The translations under genes and the position numbers were made by a program. The notes under the pieces were generated by a model. The model made no database searches. It was given only the letters and a program-made list of their open reading frames with translations, and was not told the origin of the DNA. From Parcubacteria group bacterium (GTDB lineage Bacteria; Patescibacteriota; Minisyncoccia; Phycocordibacterales; Phycocordibacteraceae), in contig JAQBQV010000002.1 of assembly GCA_028286825.1 (NCBI GenBank), positions 2,157 to 66,156 of the forward strand: 64,000 nt of DNA. Reading direction: 5' to 3'. Of this stretch, positions 56,387-64,000 are shown one piece after another; position 1 is the stretch's first letter; every line of letters starts with the position of its first letter.

Positions 56387-57016
56387 ATGAGTCGATCAGT
56401 TCAAGGGGCTACCGTAGTCGCGGCAATTCTGATTTTCGTGGGTGTTTGGTATTTTGCATTTCGTACAACCAGCCCTGGCTCTGTGGCGAACTATCCATCA
56501 AGCGGGACCGACATTATCGCTTTCGGCGATAGTCTTGTCGCTGGTAATGGCTCCACTCATGGGAACGACTTCGTCTCAGTGCTTTCGAAAAAGACTGGAC
56601 AGACGATTGTTAACCTTGGGGTCCCGGGCGACACCACGGCCGCGGGGCTGGCACGACTACATGAGCTCGATCAATACCACCCAAAGGTCGTGCTCCTTCT
56701 TTTGGGAGGTAACGACCACTTGCGCAATGTCCCCACTGCGACCACATTTGCTAACCTAAGCACGATTATTGAGAACATTGAGTCGAGAGGTGCGATCGTG
56801 CTCTTGCTCGGCGTGAAAGGGAGTCTCTTTGGTGACCAGTTTGCGCCAGAATTCGAAAGACTCCATACGAAGTACAACACGGCCTTTGTCTCAAATGTTC
56901 TCGAAGGACTTTTTGGAAAAGAGAAATATATGTCAGACGAAGTGCACCCTAATGATCTGGGGTATACAGTCATTGCCGATCGTGTGTATCCAGTCCTTGT
57001 GCCGCTTTTGAACTAG
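56387..57016 (+). CDS. SGNH/GDSL esterase (TesA-like)
   Basis: FGDSL; G.TT; LGGND; DEVHPN. Confidence 0.92.
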   Translation: MSRSVQGATVVAAILIFVGVWYFAFRTTSPGSVANYPSSGTDIIAFGDSLVAGNGSTHGNDFVSVLSKKTGQTIVNLGVPGDTTAAGLARLHELDQYHPKVVLLLLGGNDHLRNVPTATTFANLSTIIENIESRGAIVLLLGVKGSLFGDQFAPEFERLHTKYNTAFVSNVLEGLFGKEKYMSDEVHPNDLGYTVIADRVYPVLVPLLN

Positions 57017-57075
57017 CGCAATCAACACGCACACATTGCGGCGGGGCAGAGGTGTGGGAGAATAAGCTCATCCCT

Positions 57076-58833
57076 ATGACTGAACTTGTACTGATCGTCT
57101 TATTTATCGCACTGCTTATTTCTAATCGTTCGCTCTCCGGTCGTTTAGCCGCTCTCGAAGGTAGATTTAAAAACGGCATTCAACCACAGGTAGCTACTCA
57201 GTCCGCTCCTAATGCTGTTTCCTATAGCGCCGCTAGTGCTGTGTCGGTGGTCGCTCCAAGCGTCGTCCCGGTCACCGTTTCTTCTGGCCCCGATGCGTCA
57301 ACGCGCTTTGGCGAGTGGCTGAAGGAGGATTGGCTTATGAAAGTGGGAGCGCTACTCTTCATTATTGGCTGCGGATGGTTCGTTTCCTACGCGTTTGCCA
57401 ATAACTGGATCGGTCCTGTTGGCCGCATTACGCTTGGGGTCGTCGCTGGCGTTCTCGTGATGCTCTTCGGCTTCTGGCGCATGCTCAAGTATGCCTCACA
57501 AGGCGCCGTCTTCCTCGCGCTTGGCGCTGGAATGACCATGCTTTCGATCTTTGCGGGCCGTACTATATATGGATTCTTCACTCCAGCAGCAGCCGTCGGG
57601 TTCGACTTCCTCATCGCTTCGTTTGTCTCTTTTGCAGCGTATCGGTTCAACTTAAAGTCGCTCGCGGTCATCGGTCAGATCCTCGCCTTTGTCGCACCCT
57701 TACTTGCGGTGGGGCAGACCAACTCGGTCTTCCTCTTCAGTTACTTACTGGCGATCACGCTCGCAACGCTCATTTGGGCAGGGCTCAGCGGTTGGCGCGA
57801 CCTTATCGTCGCAAGTCTCGTCTTCGTGACGTTGTACAGCTTGCCGTACCTCTTCGCTGCCCACGGCAGCTCCGGAATCTACAGCGTTGACGCGCCGATA
57901 GTTCTCAATTTCGCCTATATTTTCGCGATGGTCTATTTATTGACCGGTATGTACGCCGTCGTGAAGCGGGGAGTGGTCACGGCTCAAAACGAGCTCTTGC
58001 TGGCAGTACTTAACGGCGCTTTCCTCTTTTTGTGGATCCTCATGGTTTCGCCTAAAGAACTGCATACGTTGCTCTACAGTGCCTGGGCAATTGTCTTTGC
58101 TGTGGGTTCATTTATTGCCTTCCGTGCGAGTGAGAAGCCAGACCCGTTCTATGCGTATGGCTCAGTAGCGATCGCCTTTGTCGCCGCAGCAACCGCAGCT
58201 CAGCTCTCAGGCGCAACACTTGCCATCGCGTACACGATTGAGGCTCTACTTTTGGTAGTTGCGATATTAACGCTTACAAAGAAAGTGGGGAGTGCAGCGT
58301 CGTCGCTCCTCTTCTTCATCGTACCGATCGCTCTCTCTTTTGACAGTATGCGCGTCTACGGTTATTCGCAGGCTGTCTTTAGTCGAGAATTCTTTGTGCT
58401 GTTTATCCTTGCAGGTGCACTGATTATCGCTGGGCGACTGATCGGAAATGCAGAGCGTGAGAGTGGTGCGACCACAACGGGCCACCTCTGGCCGACTGCG
58501 GTAATCCTCGGTACGGTCTATATCTGGTACATCATCTGGAGCGCTGTACATATCGTGCTTCCTCACTCTGCTGATATGGCGACTTTCGTGACTCTCACGA
58601 TTTATACGATCGCTGGGCTCGTCGCCTACTTCAACGGACTCTTTACGAGCGACACGGCTCGCAGGGTCTACGGCATGGGTCTGTTGATCTTCGTCGTTGC
58701 GCGACTTCTTTTTGTTGATGTGTGGACGATGGAGCTCGCCGGTAAAGTGATTACCTTCTTCGCGATCGGCATTCTCCTTATGAGCACAGCATTCCTCACA
58801 AAAAAGAAGGCGGCACCAGCAGTTGGTGTCTAA
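57076..58833 (+). CDS. DUF2339 multi-pass membrane protein
   Basis: WL.KVG..F.SYAF.NNWIGP.GR; many TMs. Confidence 0.82.
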   Translation: MTELVLIVLFIALLISNRSLSGRLAALEGRFKNGIQPQVATQSAPNAVSYSAASAVSVVAPSVVPVTVSSGPDASTRFGEWLKEDWLMKVGALLFIIGCGWFVSYAFANNWIGPVGRITLGVVAGVLVMLFGFWRMLKYASQGAVFLALGAGMTMLSIFAGRTIYGFFTPAAAVGFDFLIASFVSFAAYRFNLKSLAVIGQILAFVAPLLAVGQTNSVFLFSYLLAITLATLIWAGLSGWRDLIVASLVFVTLYSLPYLFAAHGSSGIYSVDAPIVLNFAYIFAMVYLLTGMYAVVKRGVVTAQNELLLAVLNGAFLFLWILMVSPKELHTLLYSAWAIVFAVGSFIAFRASEKPDPFYAYGSVAIAFVAAATAAQLSGATLAIAYTIEALLLVVAILTLTKKVGSAASSLLFFIVPIALSFDSMRVYGYSQAVFSREFFVLFILAGALIIAGRLIGNAERESGATTTGHLWPTAVILGTVYIWYIIWSAVHIVLPHSADMATFVTLTIYTIAGLVAYFNGLFTSDTARRVYGMGLLIFVVARLLFVDVWTMELAGKVITFFAIGILLMSTAFLTKKKAAPAVGV

Positions 58834-58838
58834 CTCGT

Positions 58839-60026
58839 ATGAAATTATTTACATTTGCCGCCCTCGTAGCGCTTTTCGCGTTACCTGTAACTTCGCTCGC
58901 TGCTACACCAACACCGACTCCTCAGTCGGCGTTTGTAGCCGCATCCGCAACGCAAAAAGACACCGTGACTAACGCCTTTCATTATTTTGAACAGGTGACG
59001 CCTCAGATCTCCGTGCCGACCGTGATTGAAGTTCCGCTCAATCTGACGCTCGTTTCGTTTCCAATTCTTGCGGTCTACAACGTAACGACGAGCCAATTTG
59101 AGCCGTATCTGATCAAGGAGTCGGTCGTGTCTGGCGCAGGTCCGATTCGTATCGACGCAAACGGTTCGGTGGGGAGCACGTATGCGATTAACGATAATAA
59201 CTACCAAACGTATCTGGAATTTCCGCTTCACGAAGGAAGGAATCATGCAGAACTCACGCTGATCTTTACTAAGCCAGTGGTTGCATCCTCGCTTTCATTT
59301 GCACTCGACGCAAACGTTGCACTGCCACAAACGATCTCGGTCACTGCGGAAACGGCCCAAGGTCTCTATACGGCTCTAGCGCCAACACGGCTCTCACAAA
59401 TGGGCGCTTCGTTCCCACAAACGACTGCGCTCATTTGGCATATCGCGTTTGAGTACGCGCAGCCACTACGCTTTACCGAGCTCAAGCTTAATCAGTCTTC
59501 GATAGAGCAAACCACGTCGCGTGCCGCACGATTTTTAGCACAACCGGGCCAGAGCTATCAACTCTACTTTGCGGCTGATCGCTTTGTACAAACGACTACT
59601 AAAGAAGCGGGCGATCTTTCCTCCGACAAAGGCGTAAGCATATACCGAGGGCAAGAGATCGCTAATCCTTCCTATACACCTGCCGATGCTGATACTGATG
59701 GAATCCCCGACCTCAGCGACAACTGCGTTACTGCTGCCAATGCTGATCAGAAAGATTCTGATAGTAACGGCCGAGGAGATGCGTGTGAAGACTTCGATCG
59801 CGACAGCATCATTGCCGCACACGATAACTGCGCCGATATGCCAAACCAATCACAGGTAGACACGGATGCTGATGGCATAGGAGATGTCTGCGATAGCTTC
59901 GACAATCGAGTCACCGAGCGTTTGCCATGGTTACCGTGGGCTGGGGTAGGAGTGGCGGCGCTCGTACTCCTCGGTCTCTTTGCTCTTGTGCTGAAGTACC
60001 AACAGAAGCCAAACGAGGCAGCCTAA
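58839..60026 (+). CDS. Exported protein with thrombospondin type-3 repeats and C-terminal anchor
   Basis: DADTDGIPD..DNC..NADQ.DSD.NG.GDAC repeats. Confidence 0.85.
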   Translation: MKLFTFAALVALFALPVTSLAATPTPTPQSAFVAASATQKDTVTNAFHYFEQVTPQISVPTVIEVPLNLTLVSFPILAVYNVTTSQFEPYLIKESVVSGAGPIRIDANGSVGSTYAINDNNYQTYLEFPLHEGRNHAELTLIFTKPVVASSLSFALDANVALPQTISVTAETAQGLYTALAPTRLSQMGASFPQTTALIWHIAFEYAQPLRFTELKLNQSSIEQTTSRAARFLAQPGQSYQLYFAADRFVQTTTKEAGDLSSDKGVSIYRGQEIANPSYTPADADTDGIPDLSDNCVTAANADQKDSDSNGRGDACEDFDRDSIIAAHDNCADMPNQSQVDTDADGIGDVCDSFDNRVTERLPWLPWAGVGVAALVLLGLFALVLKYQQKPNEAA

Positions 60027-60053
60027 TTAGGCGTGGGTGTATACTGTGTATAT

Positions 60054-60965
60054 ATGAAAATGCCCATTAAAGTTATTGGTCTTATTGTTGCGGTAGTCGT
60101 CATTGCGCTTGTGGTACTGAAAGGTCAGTCTGCACCAACTATGAGCCAAACCGCTGAGCCTATTGCAAGCGTTCTTTATTCCTGTAATGCCGGCAAAGGA
60201 CTTGCCGTGCAGTTCTTTAAGGGAGCTGACAAGCCAGCGGCGAGTGCAGACCAGCCACCAACTCCGGGTGGTACGGCAAAGGTTTCGCTCTCAGACGGCA
60301 GAGAGTTCAATCTTACACAGACCATCTCGGCTGACGGCGGTCGGTACACGAACAGTGACGAGTCGTTCGTTTTCTGGGGCAAGGGTAACACTGCTCTTGT
60401 TTTAGAAAATAATACTGAGAAGACCTACATCGGTTGTATTCTTGTAGCTCCTGCAGCTGCTAATTTTACTGAGATTTATTCAAATAGCGGAGACGGCTTT
60501 TCGATTCGTACGCCAAAGGGCTACACGATTGATGCTGCATACCAGTACCAGTTCGGGGAAAAGAAGACGATTGCAGGTGTTAAATTCACGGTCCCCTCGG
60601 CAGTGGCAGCAGGCACAAACCTGGGTAGCAACTCTTATATAAGCGTCGAGTCCATCCCGCAAGCAAAAGACTGCAGCGCAACTGCGTTTCTTCCAAGCGC
60701 CGCCTCAAAGGGGAGTTCGGTGTATAGCTTACCTGATGGCAATTTCACCTACTCAGTCGCCACTTCTTCGGGCGCAGGTGCTGGCAACCGCTACGACGAG
60801 CTCGTCTTTGCGATTCCGGGTACGAACCCGTGTATTGCTGTCCGCTATTGGGTCCACTACTCTGTCTTTGAAAATTATCCTGCAGGCACGGTCAAACGGT
60901 TCGACGAAGTGGCGCTCTTGAATGAGTTCGATACGATCCGCCGGTCACTGGTTATTGCTCAATAA
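60054..60965 (+). CDS. MliC-domain exported protein
   Basis: Y.C..L.QTISADGGRY..FVFWGKG..C. Confidence 0.8.
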   Translation: MKMPIKVIGLIVAVVVIALVVLKGQSAPTMSQTAEPIASVLYSCNAGKGLAVQFFKGADKPAASADQPPTPGGTAKVSLSDGREFNLTQTISADGGRYTNSDESFVFWGKGNTALVLENNTEKTYIGCILVAPAAANFTEIYSNSGDGFSIRTPKGYTIDAAYQYQFGEKKTIAGVKFTVPSAVAAGTNLGSNSYISVESIPQAKDCSATAFLPSAASKGSSVYSLPDGNFTYSVATSSGAGAGNRYDELVFAIPGTNPCIAVRYWVHYSVFENYPAGTVKRFDEVALLNEFDTIRRSLVIAQ

Positions 60966-60966
60966 C

Positions 60967-61515
60967 ATGCGGGGAGTGGCTGTGTTCGGGGGAGGATGTT
61001 TCTGGTGTACGGAGGCTGTATTTAAAATGCTGAAGGGCGTGGTGACCGTATTACCCGGTTACGCTGGCGGCACAACGCCGAACCCGACCTACGAAGCGGT
61101 GTGTAGCGGGCGCACGGGTCACGCTGAGGTGATCCGTATTGAGTACGACCCTGCACAGATCACCTTCAAAACACTGATGACCGTTTTCTTCGCTACCCAC
61201 GACCCAACCACGCTAAATCGCCAAGGGAACGACGTCGGTACGCAGTACCGTTCAACGATTCTTTACACCACTCCGGCGCAGAAAGAAGAGGCCGAAGCGT
61301 TTATTACTGAGATCGACGAATCAACAAGTGCGGGCAACCCGGTCGTAACAACGATCGAGCCCCTTACGGAATTTTATGAAGCGGAGAGTTATCATCAAGA
61401 CTACTTCGAGCGGAACCCTGAAAATGCGTACTGCAACCTGATCATTAGCCCAAAGGTAGAGAAGGTACAGCAGAAGTTCGCTGAGTTATTAGCTCATACA
61501 AACAATCATGCTTAA
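60967..61515 (+). CDS. msrA: Peptide methionine (S)-sulfoxide reductase
   Basis: GGGCFWC; GHAE; HDPT..NRQGNDVGTQYRS; AE.YHQ. Confidence 0.96.
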   Translation: MRGVAVFGGGCFWCTEAVFKMLKGVVTVLPGYAGGTTPNPTYEAVCSGRTGHAEVIRIEYDPAQITFKTLMTVFFATHDPTTLNRQGNDVGTQYRSTILYTTPAQKEEAEAFITEIDESTSAGNPVVTTIEPLTEFYEAESYHQDYFERNPENAYCNLIISPKVEKVQQKFAELLAHTNNHA

Positions 61516-61885
61516 AGATGAGGAACTGAGTCCCGAGCTACGACATGTTGCACGTGAAGGCGGCACTGAAGCGCCCTTTACGGGCAAATACGTCGACAGC
61601 CACGACGAGGGTGTGTATCGCTGCGCGATCTGCAGCACCCAACTTTTTTCCTCTGATCAGAAGTTTGACTCAGGAAGCGGCTGGCCAAGCTTCACGAATC
61701 CGGCAAACCTTAACCAAGTCGAACTGAAGACGGACGATAGTCTCGGAATGACTCGCACTGAAGTAGTCTGCAGGACCTGTGGCGCTCATTTGGGTCATGT
61801 GTTTGATGACGGGCCGCCTGAGGCAGGAGGGAAGCGCTATTGCATCAACTCGGTTTGCCTCGAGTTAGATACTACGGGGTCGTAG
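61508..61885 (+). CDS. msrB: Peptide methionine (R)-sulfoxide reductase
   Basis: GTE.PF; SG.GWPSF; HLGHVF.DGP; RYCINS. Confidence 0.96.
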   Translation: MLKDEELSPELRHVAREGGTEAPFTGKYVDSHDEGVYRCAICSTQLFSSDQKFDSGSGWPSFTNPANLNQVELKTDDSLGMTRTEVVCRTCGAHLGHVFDDGPPEAGGKRYCINSVCLELDTTGS

Positions 61886-61967
61886 GTCATTTTTGACAGT
61901 TCACATCTCCATTTTGTAGCGCTTGTGCGTGGTACACTTTTACTGTTAACGACTTAACCACAAACTC

Positions 61968-62237
61968 ATGACCGAAAACGAACAGTACACGCAGCTCATT
62001 AGCGAGATCATCAAGAAACAGTCTCTCATCCTTGGTCCTGAAATCGCTATTCTAAAGGCACGCAGTGTCTCGGGCCTCATGGTCGACAACGACGGTAAGG
62101 TCACAGGCGTCGGTGATAATCCGAAGGAGACTCTCCAGAGCCTTGTCGATCAGTACGTCGAGCTCTCCGGTCTTATTGTTAAGAATGCTCTTGGCTCAAT
62201 CTTCGCCAAATATCCTGACCTCAACATAAGCAAATAA
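61968..62237 (+). CDS. Small hypothetical protein in signalling operon
   Basis: 89-aa ORF, first gene of a tightly spaced operon. Confidence 0.7.
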   Translation: MTENEQYTQLISEIIKKQSLILGPEIAILKARSVSGLMVDNDGKVTGVGDNPKETLQSLVDQYVELSGLIVKNALGSIFAKYPDLNISK

Positions 62238-62239
62238 TT

Positions 62240-62974
62240 ATGACTATAGACACACTTATTACGATCGGCTACTACGTCTCATCAATCGGTTTCCTCATCG
62301 CGACAATCGTTACCTTTGAGGCTGCTCGCAAAGCCAGTCAGTCAGGACTTAAGACGGTCCTCAATTATCTTTTTATCGGTACCGCCACTTTCTTCGTCAT
62401 CACCGTATTCCAGAAAATGGTAGCTGCTGGGGTGTATAGCATATCTGACGAGTCGCCGGATATTTGGTGGCACATCATGTTCTACCTAGCGATGTTTTCG
62501 TTTTACTTTGGCTTCAAAGCCCTTGCGCGCTTAGGAAGTGCGGACACAGACGCTACCGCTGTTTCAGCAAGCTCAGGTAAAACGTGGGGGATTATCACCG
62601 CGGTCCTCTTGGTCCTCATCTTCATTGTTCCAAACATGGCAGACGGACTCATACAGAGCTACAACGCTTCCAAATTGGCTGAACTCGGTGCACACCACTT
62701 CCTCGCCTTTGCGCTCGCGGGCGTCGTTGGGGCGTATCTCTTTAGTGCGAAGCTCTTCCTTGGTCAGGTGGGCAAGGCTATAGCTAACCCAATGATCATT
62801 GCGATATGGGCGCTCGCGGCACAGCACTTCTGGGAATTGCTCGTTGAGAGCTGGAAGGTTATTGAAGTGACGGGTGAAGTGGGCGAAGGCGTCGAAAAGA
62901 TCTTCCTTACTATTGCCGCTGTTTGCATCACATTTGCAGCGCTTCGACTTAAGTCACTCGCGAAGGCAGCATAA
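62240..62974 (+). CDS. ~7-TM membrane protein (possible sensor)
   Basis: Hydrophobic helices with intramembrane His residues (WWH, HH, QH). Confidence 0.75.
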   Translation: MTIDTLITIGYYVSSIGFLIATIVTFEAARKASQSGLKTVLNYLFIGTATFFVITVFQKMVAAGVYSISDESPDIWWHIMFYLAMFSFYFGFKALARLGSADTDATAVSASSGKTWGIITAVLLVLIFIVPNMADGLIQSYNASKLAELGAHHFLAFALAGVVGAYLFSAKLFLGQVGKAIANPMIIAIWALAAQHFWELLVESWKVIEVTGEVGEGVEKIFLTIAAVCITFAALRLKSLAKAA

Positions 62975-62992
62975 CAGGGTAGTGCTCTACTC

Positions 62993-64000
62993 ATGATAAC
63001 TATTGCGTCTATAGTTATCGCTCTCGCCGCAGTTGCGGTGAGTGTGTATCTCATTTTGAAAAATCAAAAGGCTAAAGAGGTGCTCGAGAAGCGGGAGAAG
63101 GACGTGAGCCGTCGTATGTACGAACTCGCGATCTTGAAGGAATTGGGTGATCGGATCGGCTACTCGCTCGATGTGCAGCAGATCATCGATATCATCACCA
63201 ATTCGCTTCATCAGTTTATTGAGTACTCGGCGGTCTCCTATATGATCCTCGAGCCTGAGAAGGTGATCTTCAAGATGCATCTCGAACGCTCGGTGCATAG
63301 GCAATTTGTAAACGACGTTCGCGACCGGATGCTCGGCTCCCTGGGAGCTCTGCTTGATCGGGAGTTCAACAAAAAAGACGTTGAAGAAGTCCTCTCGGGA
63401 GCCATCATTATTGAGGAACTCGAGGAGCCGGTGCGCTCCTTCTTCAATATTCCACTGGTGATCGACGAGAAAGTGGTCGGGGTGCTTACCGTCGCTGATA
63501 CTAAGGAGGGTCTCTACAAAGAAGAGGAAATGACGATTCTCTACAAAATTATTCAGCAGGCTTCAAAGGCAGTGACGAGTCTTCAGGGCGTGGTGAAAAC
63601 TGAACAAGCGAAGGTGAATGCCATGGTGGAGAGTATGGAGGACGGGGTCGTGATGACCGACGCTGACTATCGTATTCTCGTTATCAACCCAGCTGCAAAG
63701 CGCGTGATCGGTCAGGAGGGTAAACAGGAGGTGACGATCTTCGACTTCATAGACAACTTAGGAGGGAAGATGGACATACGTGGCCGTCTTGAGGAGAGCG
63801 TAAAGCTCAAGAAGACGTACATGTCTGAGCGCTTTGAGGTCCACAATAAGTTTTATCAGGCTTTTGTCTTCCCCGTAAAAACGATGTCGAACTTAAGCGA
63901 AGGCGAAGTACTAGGTGGTGTGGTGATCTTCCATGATGTGACGCATGAGGTCGAGCTTGAACGAGTGCGCGACGATTTCACCTCGATGATCGTGCACGAG
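62993..64000 (+). CDS. Sensor histidine kinase (TM-GAF-PAS-HisKA), 3'-truncated; absent from ORF track
   Basis: Open frame from ATG 62993; IPLVIDEKVVGVL (GAF), SMEDGVVMTD..INPAA (PAS), HDVT..DFTSMIVHE (H-box). Confidence 0.88.
   Translation, partial: MITIASIVIALAAVAVSVYLILKNQKAKEVLEKREKDVSRRMYELAILKELGDRIGYSLDVQQIIDIITNSLHQFIEYSAVSYMILEPEKVIFKMHLERSVHRQFVNDVRDRMLGSLGALLDREFNKKDVEEVLSGAIIIEELEEPVRSFFNIPLVIDEKVVGVLTVADTKEGLYKEEEMTILYKIIQQASKAVTSLQGVVKTEQAKVNAMVESMEDGVVMTDADYRILVINPAAKRVIGQEGKQEVTIFDFIDNLGGKMDIRGRLEESVKLKKTYMSERFEVHNKFYQAFVFPVKTMSNLSEGEVLGGVVIFHDVTHEVELERVRDDFTSMIVHE

Noticed and set aside
62987..63447. Minus-strand ORFs at the right edge
   Set aside because: Shadows of the + strand histidine kinase, which the track omits because it has no stop codon within the window.

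Overview
Bacterial window whose gene content and style (many small exported or membrane proteins, a pilin, PG-binding and FN3 surface proteins, no biosynthetic operons) suggests Patescibacteria/Parcubacteria; this is inference, as there is no marker gene. It holds about 75 mostly single-gene units and no rRNA, intact tRNA, CRISPR array or recombinase. The main unexplained structure is a ~30-bp intergenic repeat (consensus aGGTTCCCACGTC-GTACCA-GACGGCCAGCTCg). One copy sits in every intergenic space from 400 to 5650, all in the same orientation. Copies decay towards ~15.4 kb and reappear on both sides of a ClpP-like gene at 49.6-50.4 kb. Some copies carry a long hairpin insert in place of the 6-nt centre, with structure-preserving substitutions. 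This looks like a non-canonical, integron-like gene-cassette array. Also present: a LexA-like/DinB pair with a perfect 18-bp operator-like palindrome, a carbohydrate/surface cluster, a decayed Z1/Dcm/Mrr defence island with several repeat pairs, an active/inactive M14 peptidase pair, msrAB, a partial histidine kinase, and pervasive leaderless-type promoters. All protein calls come from motif recognition by eye, not database searches.
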